A DNA stretch of 64,000 nucleotides from Candidatus Altimarinota bacterium (GCA_041242255.1 JBESAV010000001.1:864001-928000); one strand, 5' to 3'; shown: positions 31,201 through 40,977, counted from the first letter of the stretch. Notes: a model not told the origin generated them from the sequence alone. Made by a program: numbers and translations.

Positions 31201-33470
31201 ACGCAGCTCTATCAGTTGGTGCATTGATAACACCTACAGGAGCACCAATTCCATACATCATCCCAATGATTGGATTTGAATGGGGTGGTGACACAAGAGT
31301 TATGAAACTTTACGACCATAATAACAAACTGACCGAAATCGAACTTAGAGACCAACTTAGAAAAAGTCTTAAGTCTATGCCAGCTGGAACCAAACTTCAG
31401 ATAGTTTCAGAAAGTGGTTACGCTACTAACATCCAAGGTAAAGAAGTAGTAGTAAAAGGTGGAAACGAATTTATCACCAACCTCGAAATAGGAAATCCAG
31501 TAGAAAAACTAAATGGTCTTAGATCAAACTCTGGACTTGAGTTCTCAAAACTCAATGATGACTTCCTGAAAGTAAACATCGATGACTACAGAAAAGTAAG
31601 AGAAGGTATTAACTCTGCCCAAGCAACCAAAGTAAATGTTTACATTGATCCAGCTTTAGAAAAAAGCTTGAAGCTTGGACACATGGATAATCTTGGAGGA
31701 TTTGGTCTAAAAATGAATCAACAAGCCATACCAGAAAACCTTGTTATCTTGAGAGAGACAATAACTCAACCATCAACTCTAGGTGGAACAACCACTGAAG
31801 TTAAAATCTCATTCACAACTCGTGAAAACATGTTCACCGGTTCAGAGATCGAACAATCATCAAGCCTTTACGACTACATAAGTTTAGATAAATTCGGTAG
31901 ACCAGAACTGAACAGAGAAGAAAACAACCTAAACTTAAATAAACTAAACGTAAACGAAACAGTATCATTCGGTGGAAACTTTACCAACGAAGAAGCTAGA
32001 CAACTTGCTGAATATTCAGACACATTGATCCAAAGAAGTACAGTTAGACTTAACAGCAAACCTCATAAACCAACCAAACAACTAGACAATCTTGTAGATA
32101 AACTCTCAGAAGATCCAGCTACTATGAAAAAATTAGCTGAACTAACAATCTACAACATTGAAAATGGTCAAAGAATAGACCACGAGGGTGCAGCCAAACT
32201 GATTGGAGAAAAACTAAAAGAACAAGGAATCAAGGAGTTATCCAAAGAGGATTACCTATATATATACGGTAACCTCCTACCTGACACTTTCAGATCAATC
32301 AACTCTCTGAGCACACAAGAAAGAATTGAAGCAATCAACAAACTTTCAACTCAATACGTAGAAGAGTACGTAAGATCATTATGTAAATACAACACTAAAC
32401 CAAACGGTGAAAAATTTACTGAAGCTGAACAACAAATCATAATCCAAAACTTATCTAAGCACAGTGGAGTTAAGGAAAGCTTTAAGTCTTCCCTACTCGC
32501 ACCAAACGTTCTAACCGAAGGTGCCGGTGGTGCCAACAACAAACTAGACCTAAACGGATACAACCTTTACACAACAGCCCATAGAAAAAATTTAAAAGGT
32601 TTAAGAAATTCACAAATCACAAGAACTTTCGAAAACCAAATCGTAAAAGGATCCCTAACTAAGTTCGATTCAAACACAATCTCAAACAAAGCCGAAAGAG
32701 ATCTCGTTAATCAATTCTTATACGGACTAAGTGAAAGCATTCCTTCAATTGACTCCAACTCAGTCACACCTGAATCAATCCAAAACCCTGAAACAAGAAA
32801 ACAGATTGAAGAAATCTTAAACTCAAAAACAGGTCTACTAATGATGAGTACAACTCCTTTCGCACACGAAGGAAATAAAATCTCACTTTTAGGAGCAATG
32901 TACGGTCCAGATGACCTTCAACTTATCGAAGGAATTTACGAAAAAATGGACAATCTCGGACAACTACCTACAGGAATGATAATCAGCAACCCAAAAGCAT
33001 TCAAAGCTATGATGCAACTTACTAAAGATATTCAAGAGCTGCACAATGCCCAAGGAAAGGTTACAAAAGAAACCTACAAAGGCGCACCACTTGAACTAAA
33101 CATCAAAGAAGAGTCGGGTGTAGTCCTTATAGGAAAATGTGCCAATCCTACTTACCTTTACAAAAGAACTCTAGGAGCCAAACTAGAAGTTTCTGAATCA
33201 GCTCCAGCAGCAGCTAAAGCAAAAGCCAAACGAATCTACAACTTGAAAGACGCTAGAAGAGAAAACATGAACAGAATCGGATTTGGAACAAAACTTAGCC
33301 TAACTCCTAAACCTCCAACAATACCACCAGAAACACCAGATAAACCAAACACGCCTAGAACACCAGATACACCAGACACTCCTCCAGACACCCCTCCAGG
33401 AGAAACACCACAAAAAACTAATACAACTAGGGCTCCTCAAACGGACACAAATGATATACCAGAATTTTAA
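28260..33470 (+). CDS. Giant uncharacterised protein (1736 aa)
   Basis: Uninterrupted ORF; SH3b-like N-region, Gly-rich amphipathic beta-strand block, Pro/Thr/Asp tail; no Sec signal seen. Confidence 0.8.
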   Translation: MYKFINKQTKLLLGQKLLFKRSGPSAEPTGGLEKKDAPESKEAVVKLTQEHLDALDNKIKQSHIKFSQKESIDYDKNVFRGKTTVEVNKNQENLRDGSKFQVESRVRKGDKLILTGDYKVLEFTNGAERVYWEVKDRAGNDLYILGESITPIKTIDQNKATPEQMKSDGLSEEQIKFLQKTKQEKETEPQFEHVDDITKKEQPETKTEKQPEKAPESPARRFDRLSSGLTSYKSTRLENSNLQNPDYLKNLLKNDQLSDLQRSKLENSMNTLGLTFQDISSILKDKSNTLPLGELIAVTPDQSESEFAELKKEFGLTKQGRKFQKEIDELTNSKDPNAKSALVAKEREREAAKTQYATEGYKEFMDYYRKSPASKSILVGYMKKTQELAKNPDKQAEFELRYNKLQSILELATTLQNLNVREAKVLNTDSFENINVLGDATAKISEYADINYDRLGLDKNRLKIAKDVLDQSVFGSDEKNLQLLATIMMATNKDLDQLRAERIITKQGNTITLNPDTLDARDLDKLVIGLAYSESQSSSVFKNLFDKDNLTESLSALQESNVFSTARQKMYEHEIREHSFDDLSKTSYLHLNHIFDKNHSGNTISEKGRVYRRTLEDNLGQAEVGYDSTSIIKRYSSELSKYQDLLLDVEENGIVNPQKLVNKFNNLIKLGALGVQFNEELPAKMRNSLKEQGMNARPLTVEDLRKPLSTQAVNLIRYGVVYEELRNDFLKSSDRSPNRLLERAGFSETDPQATYSALATALQYIENGNVAVGGDTDSIDLPNGFKLKGAGAVGVYLIEDPKVTTGASLTIKKDLDKKNTFYVSTGAGFGVGPDTLTGGINAEVGLSSKTSETMTAELAAGGGLTLAGVNVYVRGGLKENRILKDKNERMASGLENVSERKLSKEEITYLKGIAAKPSLSPEDIANAAKFFPGLEETLRLDPALQKVSQAELENFKSNYIQTILRQLNNMTTEQAQGVNWNAALSVGALITPTGAPIPYIIPMIGFEWGGDTRVMKLYDHNNKLTEIELRDQLRKSLKSMPAGTKLQIVSESGYATNIQGKEVVVKGGNEFITNLEIGNPVEKLNGLRSNSGLEFSKLNDDFLKVNIDDYRKVREGINSAQATKVNVYIDPALEKSLKLGHMDNLGGFGLKMNQQAIPENLVILRETITQPSTLGGTTTEVKISFTTRENMFTGSEIEQSSSLYDYISLDKFGRPELNREENNLNLNKLNVNETVSFGGNFTNEEARQLAEYSDTLIQRSTVRLNSKPHKPTKQLDNLVDKLSEDPATMKKLAELTIYNIENGQRIDHEGAAKLIGEKLKEQGIKELSKEDYLYIYGNLLPDTFRSINSLSTQERIEAINKLSTQYVEEYVRSLCKYNTKPNGEKFTEAEQQIIIQNLSKHSGVKESFKSSLLAPNVLTEGAGGANNKLDLNGYNLYTTAHRKNLKGLRNSQITRTFENQIVKGSLTKFDSNTISNKAERDLVNQFLYGLSESIPSIDSNSVTPESIQNPETRKQIEEILNSKTGLLMMSTTPFAHEGNKISLLGAMYGPDDLQLIEGIYEKMDNLGQLPTGMIISNPKAFKAMMQLTKDIQELHNAQGKVTKETYKGAPLELNIKEESGVVLIGKCANPTYLYKRTLGAKLEVSESAPAAAKAKAKRIYNLKDARRENMNRIGFGTKLSLTPKPPTIPPETPDKPNTPRTPDTPDTPPDTPPGETPQKTNTTRAPQTDTNDIPEF

Positions 33471-33478
33471 TTTGACAT

Positions 33479-33709
33479 ATGAATAAAAAAATTGCATTAT
33501 TAGCGACTATCATAGTTTTGATAGCAGTAGTAATTACATCAATCTACTACAACTCTCCAGATAAGGAATTTGCTAGAACTCTTGAAGACCAAAATGAAGA
33601 AGTTGGACCATTAGAAATTGAAGAAGAATTCACTGGGCCAAATACAAATTATTCAAGAGCTCCAGAGACAAATACTGAAGATCTAAATTTAAATTTTGAT
33701 AATGAATAA
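33479..33709 (+). CDS. Small single-TM protein with acidic tail
   Basis: MNKK plus hydrophobic helix; overlaps the start of the next gene. Confidence 0.65.
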   Translation: MNKKIALLATIIVLIAVVITSIYYNSPDKEFARTLEDQNEEVGPLEIEEEFTGPNTNYSRAPETNTEDLNLNFDNE

Positions 33710-36700
33710 ATTAAGAAGTCTCTTATTTCTTGGGATAATAGTACTCGCCTTTACTGGAGTGAGTGTTGCCCAAAATTCAAGTGTATGTAACCAACCTTGG
33801 TTTCCAAATGGTGTAAGCCATGCACAGTGTCCTGAGGGTTTAGAATACCCAACCTTAAATGCTTACAATGACTCACTATTTCTAGACCCAAATACTACTT
33901 TTGAAGAGAAGAACTTTGCCTTAGTTAGAGATCTAGATAATCAAACAGGAAGATTATCTGGGTTTAGAGACCAAATTACTTTTACTGATGAAGATAAAAC
34001 CTACGAGGGTTATTTTTACGTTCATAATTCAGGACGTCCAGATTGTAATTTCCCAGCAAACTCTCCTCAATTAGCAAGAAACAATTGTCAAGAATCAACA
34101 ATTCTAAGAAACGTAGACTTACAATTAAGAGATACATTCAGGAGAGATAGAACTGCCGACGGAAGAACAATTCTTATCAGTGATGGTATAGTTGACTCTC
34201 AAAATAACAGAAGAGTTCACACTTTCACAGCTGACCTAACTACAGCAAACGGAGATCCTAGAGATCTTACAGATTCATTTACAATTTACACACCAATTGA
34301 TAAAAGTATTTACCTAAATGCCACAACATTTAATCAAATATGTACTAGCTTCAACCAAACAACAGTAAACGGTAGAGTTCAAGATCAATGTATAACTTCA
34401 TCAATCAAAAGACATGATGAATCTACTCTAGAATTAGTAAACTCAGGAATTGACCTTACATCAAGATATGCTGGCGGAGAAGTAACTGGAGATGTTTTTT
34501 ATGCAAGTGAACGTTACATAAGAGAAGTTAAAATCTTTATGAAACTTACTGACGCCCCAGACGAACAACTAGTCTGTGAAGGCATCACAGCATCACCTAT
34601 CAGAGGAAACAACGCAACAAGCACTACTCAAACTTACAGAGTGCAGTTCGACCCAAATGAAAGAGATTTCCATGACGCCATCAGAGTACAAGGTGCATCA
34701 AACACTACTAGTTTCTCAAACAGATCAATAGTACTAGGAGGAAGATACACAGATGTAACCCTAACAGGACTTACAGCAAACTCTAGAGTAACAATCAGCT
34801 CAGCTGGTTCAAGCTCAGCATGTTCTACTGTCCTAACTTTCCCAGACATTCCTAACGGACAAGCTTGTAGAGATCTTGAGATTGTACAAGTAAGTGAAAC
34901 TGAAAACTCAATTACTTTTGATATAGATGCTACTCCATCAAGATTTGAAAGCTTGGCTGAAGTAAGCACTACTCAAGGAACATTAGAAGAAATATCTACA
35001 AACAGATATAGAGTTACAGGACTAGATAACAGCACAACTATTACAGCCCAAGTTCCATCAAACTTCCAAGGATCTGAAAATTGTAATGACACATTAGAAT
35101 TTACCCCAGAACCACCACTAGTTTGTGAATCAATCACTCTCAACACAGATACATACGACTACAAAGCAAACCCAAGGCCAACATTCAGAGTTACCGACAA
35201 ACAACCTGCCGGTTTCCAAGCTGACTTCAGATGGACAGTAGTTGGAGAAAACAATCAAACAATTCAAACAACAACTGGTGACGACTTACTAAGCTTTAGA
35301 CCAAACTCCCCTCTTACAGGTAGAGAAACAGTTAGAGTTCAAGTAGTTGGTTCAGACAATTCAAACTGTAGAGCCGAGGCTACTTCAGAAAGACCTCCAA
35401 TTGAAGAAGTTTGTGAAGACTTGGAATTAAACAGAAGGCTAAATCCACAACTAAAAAGAACTATCCCAAGTAATGGTCAACCAGCTATTTTCCAAATCGA
35501 CGGTGGATCATACGAAGGTGATATTACTTTCCGAGCCGAAGGTGAACCAGACAGAACAGTCTTTATCACAAACGGTCAAAGAACCAGAGGTGAAATCACT
35601 GTTGGTATCGACGAAACAGTAATCATCCTAAATACAGGAGAAGACAATGTGATCAGAGTATTCGCACAAGAACAAAACCAATACACAGAAGATTGTTTCC
35701 TAACTCTTAGAGCTGACGAAAACGACGAAGGTGATAAACTTACTGAAATTGAAAAAACAGTAGATAAACCATTCGCAACAGACGGAGATATCCTTACTTA
35801 TACTATTAAGTACACGATCAGCCCGGTATTTGGTAGCTCAGAATTCAGAGAAGCTCTAGAAGGACTTGATACAGCTGTCCTAAAAGATGACATCAAAAAC
35901 GTATTTGGTCTTCAAGACAGACTTTCAAACCCTCTTGAATCAAGAGATAGTAGCCTACAAGTTCTAGATCTATTCATTGATGGAAGACTATCAGATTCAT
36001 CTGGTGACCTATTCAATCTTCAAGAAGGTCTAACTATCGAGAACCTAACTGAAAAAGCTGGTAACACTTATACAATCACTTATACCGCAAGACTTGATGC
36101 TGACATTATAGAAGAATGCCAAGTTATAACAGACTCATGTGGATTTGAATTCCTCAATACAGTAGTTGATAACTTCAACAACTTTGACTCAGCTTCAGTA
36201 CTAGCAACTTGTCCATTCGTAGTTTCAAGAAGCTTCGGAGACGTATTCCTAGAAGAAGAATTCGAAGGAACAATCGACATCGCTAGATGTACAAATAGAA
36301 GAAATACAGAAGGACCAGTATTCACTCCTAAACCAAGAACACCTCAAGAACTGATTAGTTCTGGTACCGGAGCTCTAAGTGCCCCTACTCATAGAATCTG
36401 TAGAGAAAGTATTAAAGAAAATCCAAACCTTGATTCTAGAGAACTAGAAGGATACAAAAATCCACTAGCTAACTTCTCTTCAAGCGTATGTGAGGTATCA
36501 CTCTTCACATCATCAAGTTGGACTTCTGAAGACATTGAAAGAAACCTTAGAAGTAACGCTAGCCGATTCAACAACGTTACAAATCTAAATAGCACCAACA
36601 CTCTTTCAAACCTGAACAGCTCAGCATTAGCCACTTATGACGCAATAAATCCAAACAGCGACACTAAGGTATACAGAAAAACAAACGGTAACCTAACGAT

Positions 36701-37145
36701 CAATAATGATTCACCAATAATCCTAAACGATGGATTAGCTAAAACAATCATTATTGAAGGAAATGACTTGATCATTAACCAAAACATTTCTTACCAAAGA
36801 TCTACTTCACAAGCCTTCCCATCTCAAATCGCCTTCATCGTCATCGGTGGAGATGTAGTGATCGGACCAAATGTAACTGAAGTAGTAGGAGCTATTGCCG
36901 CAGTACCTGACGCAGACGGTAACGGAGGATTCCTAAGAAGATCAGAACAAACCAACAACCTTCTTACAATCCAAGGTTCAATCTTCGGAGACTCAGGACC
37001 ACTGTTCGCAGGAACAAGCAACCCTGGTGACCTACTAGCTGACAGAGGATCTGTAACAGTAATCTACGACAGTGGAATCATACTGAACACTCCTCCAGGA
37101 CTGCAAAGTATTATCCAATTCAACCAGTACCAAACAGTAAGATAA
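33702..37145 (+). CDS. Large secreted surface protein with Cys-bracketed Ig-like modules and a DUF11-like domain
   Basis: Signal peptide (..GVSVA/QN); four C...C modules; IEKTVDK..TDGDILTYTIKY; beta-helix-like C-terminus (GNLTI, GNDLII, GGDVVI). Confidence 0.75.
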   Translation: MNKLRSLLFLGIIVLAFTGVSVAQNSSVCNQPWFPNGVSHAQCPEGLEYPTLNAYNDSLFLDPNTTFEEKNFALVRDLDNQTGRLSGFRDQITFTDEDKTYEGYFYVHNSGRPDCNFPANSPQLARNNCQESTILRNVDLQLRDTFRRDRTADGRTILISDGIVDSQNNRRVHTFTADLTTANGDPRDLTDSFTIYTPIDKSIYLNATTFNQICTSFNQTTVNGRVQDQCITSSIKRHDESTLELVNSGIDLTSRYAGGEVTGDVFYASERYIREVKIFMKLTDAPDEQLVCEGITASPIRGNNATSTTQTYRVQFDPNERDFHDAIRVQGASNTTSFSNRSIVLGGRYTDVTLTGLTANSRVTISSAGSSSACSTVLTFPDIPNGQACRDLEIVQVSETENSITFDIDATPSRFESLAEVSTTQGTLEEISTNRYRVTGLDNSTTITAQVPSNFQGSENCNDTLEFTPEPPLVCESITLNTDTYDYKANPRPTFRVTDKQPAGFQADFRWTVVGENNQTIQTTTGDDLLSFRPNSPLTGRETVRVQVVGSDNSNCRAEATSERPPIEEVCEDLELNRRLNPQLKRTIPSNGQPAIFQIDGGSYEGDITFRAEGEPDRTVFITNGQRTRGEITVGIDETVIILNTGEDNVIRVFAQEQNQYTEDCFLTLRADENDEGDKLTEIEKTVDKPFATDGDILTYTIKYTISPVFGSSEFREALEGLDTAVLKDDIKNVFGLQDRLSNPLESRDSSLQVLDLFIDGRLSDSSGDLFNLQEGLTIENLTEKAGNTYTITYTARLDADIIEECQVITDSCGFEFLNTVVDNFNNFDSASVLATCPFVVSRSFGDVFLEEEFEGTIDIARCTNRRNTEGPVFTPKPRTPQELISSGTGALSAPTHRICRESIKENPNLDSRELEGYKNPLANFSSSVCEVSLFTSSSWTSEDIERNLRSNASRFNNVTNLNSTNTLSNLNSSALATYDAINPNSDTKVYRKTNGNLTINNDSPIILNDGLAKTIIIEGNDLIINQNISYQRSTSQAFPSQIAFIVIGGDVVIGPNVTEVVGAIAAVPDADGNGGFLRRSEQTNNLLTIQGSIFGDSGPLFAGTSNPGDLLADRGSVTVIYDSGIILNTPPGLQSIIQFNQYQTVR

Positions 37146-37177
37146 TACAAACTTAAAAATCGTTTCGACTTAATCTT

Positions 37178-37219
37178 AAAAACCCCTCTCTTATGGTGAC
37201 TTATACGAAAGGGGTTTTT
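37178..37219 (+). terminator. Terminator closing the giant-protein locus
   Basis: AAAAACCCCT...AGGGGTTTTT inverted repeat. Confidence 0.65.
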
Positions 37220-37263
37220 CTTTATCCAAATTCCCTCTAAACTATTTTCAAATAAATACTCAA

Positions 37264-38229
37264 ATGATCTACTTATTCCACGGAACAGACAAAGCCCAAA
37301 TCCAATCAACCATCCAAAACTGGGAAAAAGGCTTTTTAGAAAAAAATCCCAACAGCACCAACCTAACCAAATACACTCCTGACCAAGTAGACCTACCTAA
37401 CCTCATCTCAGAGCTCAAGTCACTCCCCTTTTTAGAGGATAAAAGACTTATCATTCTTCCAGAATTCACAGACAAGGCCTCCAAAGAAGATCAAAAAAAA
37501 TTATCCACAGAATTCAAAAACCTTCCAGACTCAACAATTCTTTGCTTAGTTAGTTACCAAAAACTACCTAAAACCACCAACCCAATCCACAAAGAACTAA
37601 TCAAACTCTCCAAAAAAGATTCAAAAACCTATCAAATCCAAGAAATCTCCAGTAACGAAAAAGACCTAGCCCAAAAAGTTCAAAAGATAATCAAATCTTA
37701 TCAAAAAGAAATCCCTTCCCACCTAGCCCAAGAGCTTGTTGAAAACCTACAAAAAAACTCAATCAAAATCCAATCCGAATCTCACAAACTAGGCCTATAT
37801 TCACCAAACAACCAAATCCAAAAAGAAGACATCCAAACCATCTGTAGCTACAGCACCGAAACAAACGTCTTCCATCTCATGGACCACATCACTCTAGGTC
37901 AAACCAAACAAGCCCTCCAAAAAATCCAAGAACTCGAAGACAACGGCGAAGATCTAATGAAGATTTTTTACCTAATCATTCGCCAATACCGTATCCTAAT
38001 CCAACTTAACTCCCTCAGCCAAGAACGCATTCCCCAACCACAAATAGTAAAACTAACCAAACTCCACCCATACGTAGTTAAAAAAACAATTCCTCAAGCT
38101 CAAAAATTCCACCCAAACCAACTCCTAAAAACCTACAATCAACTCCTTCAAATCGATCGTAAGATCAAAACAGGCCTACTCAAACCAGACCAATTAAATT
38201 CTGAGTTCACTAAGCTAGTTGTAAGCTGA
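37264..38229 (+). CDS. holA: DNA polymerase III delta subunit
   Basis: MIYLFHG, SLPFLEDKRLII, NVFHLMD, LHPYVVKK, IDRKIKTG; ends at the only TGA stop in the window. Confidence 0.9.
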   Translation: MIYLFHGTDKAQIQSTIQNWEKGFLEKNPNSTNLTKYTPDQVDLPNLISELKSLPFLEDKRLIILPEFTDKASKEDQKKLSTEFKNLPDSTILCLVSYQKLPKTTNPIHKELIKLSKKDSKTYQIQEISSNEKDLAQKVQKIIKSYQKEIPSHLAQELVENLQKNSIKIQSESHKLGLYSPNNQIQKEDIQTICSYSTETNVFHLMDHITLGQTKQALQKIQELEDNGEDLMKIFYLIIRQYRILIQLNSLSQERIPQPQIVKLTKLHPYVVKKTIPQAQKFHPNQLLKTYNQLLQIDRKIKTGLLKPDQLNSEFTKLVVS

Positions 38230-39183
38230 AGCACTTGTAAAACTAATATTCACACCAGGCAAAGTTTCACGAGCATTACAAACCGATTCAAAACTCAATC
38301 CATCACAAGATCTCAAAACAATATTTTTTACTGAGTCCAAAAATCCTGTCTCCAGTAAGATACCAAAATCATCATCAGCAAAATTACTTTCAGAAACCAT
38401 AAAGTTCTCAACCATTAAACCTTCAATATCGTAAAACCTTGAGGCCATATTTAAAGTAAAAAGATCTCCATCCACTATCCCACCATCTAGAACCAAACTT
38501 CGTAAACCAGAATTCTGAGCTACCATTTCACCTATATGCAACCCATCATTACCATCAAGCATTATCCCCCTCACAATCATATCTGCCACTTTAACATCAT
38601 GTAAAAACTCCAATCTATCTGGATCATCCATATGATAAGCCGCAAGCAAATCAATATGATTTACTAACTCAAATCTTTTCACATTTCCATTTCTCAAACC
38701 TTCCAAATCTTTATATCTCTCAAAAGGAAAAGTACATGCAAAACATTTCAAATGACTCACTCCGTCAGCAAAATTATTTAAATCATCTGCCACAATATGA
38801 AACTCTCCTTCATTTAAACCAATCAAAGTCACTCTCTTCGTTATATCCGATATACAACTACTTATACTCTCTCGTATCCGACCAACTCTAATACTTTCCG
38901 CTCTTAGAGGATCAATCAACTTCTCCACGAATTCAGCATCCACATACACTTCATCAACATCAAAATACCTCAAAACACTATGGATCTGACCTTTCCTAAG
39001 AGCATAATTCACAAGCCATGGCATTCTTCTGATCATTGAACCAATATAAACGTCATATCTTTCTCTCATCTCATCAGATCTGCTTACAACATCCATTTGC
39101 TCCATAAAAACATCCGCAAATTTCTTTGGCTCTTCAGCATGCAAAAACTCCCTAACTGATCCAAAATTAAATACACTCTCCAT
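38215..39183 (-). CDS. Orphan protein with LRR-like C-terminal half
   Basis: GLRSLVLDGG, IEGLMVENF, VKNIVLRSCDGLS..LPGVNI. Confidence 0.55.
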   Translation of the reverse strand: MESVFNFGSVREFLHAEEPKKFADVFMEQMDVVSRSDEMRERYDVYIGSMIRRMPWLVNYALRKGQIHSVLRYFDVDEVYVDAEFVEKLIDPLRAESIRVGRIRESISSCISDITKRVTLIGLNEGEFHIVADDLNNFADGVSHLKCFACTFPFERYKDLEGLRNGNVKRFELVNHIDLLAAYHMDDPDRLEFLHDVKVADMIVRGIMLDGNDGLHIGEMVAQNSGLRSLVLDGGIVDGDLFTLNMASRFYDIEGLMVENFMVSESNFADDDFGILLETGFLDSVKNIVLRSCDGLSFESVCNARETLPGVNISFTSASAYN

Positions 39184-39204
39184 AACCGTTTTTAAATAGA
39201 TCTT

Positions 39205-39232
39205 ATTATAAAACCTATTCCTAAAAAGTCAA
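39205..39232 (-). promoter_or_regulatory. sigma70 promoter just after the gatA stop
   Basis: TTGACT-16 nt-TATAAT. Confidence 0.7.
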
Positions 39233-39237
39233 ACTAG

Positions 39238-40674
39238 CTAAGATACCTCTTTCCAAAATTCTGTCTCTTTCTCATAAGCATCTCCCACTTTGAATAACAA
39301 GTCTTCTCTAAATTGAGGAGCCAATATCTGCAAACCAACTGGGAGCTTAGCTCCATCCTTCTCTACAAACCCACATGGTACAGATAAACCAGGAATACCA
39401 GCACAACTTGAAGGAATCGTGAGCATGTCAGCCATGTACATTTTCACCGGATCATTAACAAGCTCTCCAACTTTAAAAGCAGGACTTGGTGATACCGGCC
39501 CCATTATTACATCTACATCTTTAAAAGCTTCCTCAAATTCATTCAATATAAGGGTTCTCACTTTTTGAGCCTTCAAGTAATAATCATCATAACTACCAGC
39601 CGATAAAGCAAATGTACCTATCATTATTCTTCTTTTCATCTCATCTCCAAATCCTTCAGCACGACTTCTCAGAAACTGATCAGCTACACTCGAAGCTTCA
39701 GGATCTAATTCTCTCCCAACTCTAATCCCATCATATCTAGCCATATTTGCACTTATTTCAGCAGGTGCAACAAGATAATAAACCGCCACCCCATACTTTG
39801 TCATAGGCAATGAAATCTCCTTCACAGTAGCACCTTTACTCTCCAACACAGCCACTGCCTCCTTAACTTTTCTTGCAACTTCAGGATCTACTCCATCTCC
39901 AAAATATTCTTTTGGCAAACCAATCCTCAATCCTTCCACATTCCCATCCATAGCCTTCATATATTCTCCAACCTCCACATCAACTGAAGTAGAATCATTT
40001 TCATGCTTTCCAGCAGTCACCCCCAACACCAAAGCAGCATCCTCTACAGTTTTAGTAAAATGCCCAATAGTGTCTAGAGATGAAGCCATCGATATCACCC
40101 CACTTCTAGGAACTCTTCCGTATGTAACCTTTAAACCAACAGCATTACAAAAACCAGCTGGTTGTCTAATCGACCCACCAGTATCAGTCCCCATTGAGAA
40201 AACAGCAAGATTTGATGGTATAACCGCAGCAGAACCTCCTGACGAACCACCTGAAACTCTACCATGATCATATGGATTAACAGTAGGACCAAAACAAGAT
40301 GTCTCAGTCGAAGCTCCACACGTAAACTCATCGGTATTCACTTTCCCAAGACATATAGCACCAGCCTCATATAATCGATCTACAACAGGAGCATTAAATT
40401 TAGGAACATATCCCTTCAAAATATTAGAACAAGCCGTAGTCTCAACACCTTCTGTTGTAAACACATCTTTCAAAGCCATAGGAATACCAGCCAAAGCACC
40501 TCCTTTACCATCTTTAACTTGCTTTTCAGCTAGATCCTTTGAAACATTTACATACGCATTCAGGTCACCATCAATTTCTGCGATTCTATCAAAATAATCT
40601 TTAACAACCTCTTCAGGACTAACTACCCCATCAGTATAAGCTTTCAATAAACTCTTTATTGTATAATTTTCCAT
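39238..40674 (-). CDS. gatA: Asp/Glu-tRNA amidotransferase subunit A
   Basis: GGSSGGS, GTDTGGSIRQP, RRIMIGTFALSAG.YDDYY.KAQKVR. Confidence 0.96.
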   Translation of the reverse strand: MENYTIKSLLKAYTDGVVSPEEVVKDYFDRIAEIDGDLNAYVNVSKDLAEKQVKDGKGGALAGIPMALKDVFTTEGVETTACSNILKGYVPKFNAPVVDRLYEAGAICLGKVNTDEFTCGASTETSCFGPTVNPYDHGRVSGGSSGGSAAVIPSNLAVFSMGTDTGGSIRQPAGFCNAVGLKVTYGRVPRSGVISMASSLDTIGHFTKTVEDAALVLGVTAGKHENDSTSVDVEVGEYMKAMDGNVEGLRIGLPKEYFGDGVDPEVARKVKEAVAVLESKGATVKEISLPMTKYGVAVYYLVAPAEISANMARYDGIRVGRELDPEASSVADQFLRSRAEGFGDEMKRRIMIGTFALSAGSYDDYYLKAQKVRTLILNEFEEAFKDVDVIMGPVSPSPAFKVGELVNDPVKMYMADMLTIPSSCAGIPGLSVPCGFVEKDGAKLPVGLQILAPQFREDLLFKVGDAYEKETEFWKEVS

Positions 40675-40683
40675 CAACTAATA

Positions 40684-40977
40684 TTACTTATTCAAAATTT
40701 TCTTCACAAGAACCTGATACGCTCTTTTCTCTAAAGGAGAATTCTCCAAAAGCTTATCTGGCTCACCAAATCTCTCCTCTTCATCACTTCTCATAACACT
40801 ATCAATTCCAGTAACCTGATAAGTAGGTGCAACCCCATCAGTATCAACCTCATGCAACATCTCTACCCAATCAAGAATCCCAGAGACCTCGCTACCTAAC
40901 TTATCCATCTCTTCATCAGTCAACTCAATCATAGCCAACTTTGCAATTTTCATAATTTGCTCTTTCGTAAGTGCCAT
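40684..40977 (-). CDS. gatC: Asp/Glu-tRNA amidotransferase subunit C
   Basis: IAKLAMIEL, L.EVDTDGVAPT; adjacent to gatA. Confidence 0.92.
   Translation of the reverse strand: MALTKEQIMKIAKLAMIELTDEEMDKLGSEVSGILDWVEMLHEVDTDGVAPTYQVTGIDSVMRSDEEERFGEPDKLLENSPLEKRAYQVLVKKILNK

Noticed and set aside
33300-33467. CCAGA(C/T)AC short repeats
   Set aside because: They encode the Pro/Asp/Thr tail and are not an independent DNA element.
33472-33500. TTGACA right after the giant-gene stop
   Set aside because: The next ATG is 1 bp after the box and the -10 (CATTAT) would lie inside the gene, so it does not fit the orphan-cassette layout.
38227-38360. Genetic code 25 read-through of the holA TGA
   Set aside because: HolA already ends at its usual C-terminus, and no conserved gene in the window is interrupted by TGA.
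39238-40977. gatB missing from gatCA, and co-occurrence with asnS
   Set aside because: Split gat operons are common, and GatCAB is still needed for Gln-tRNA formation.
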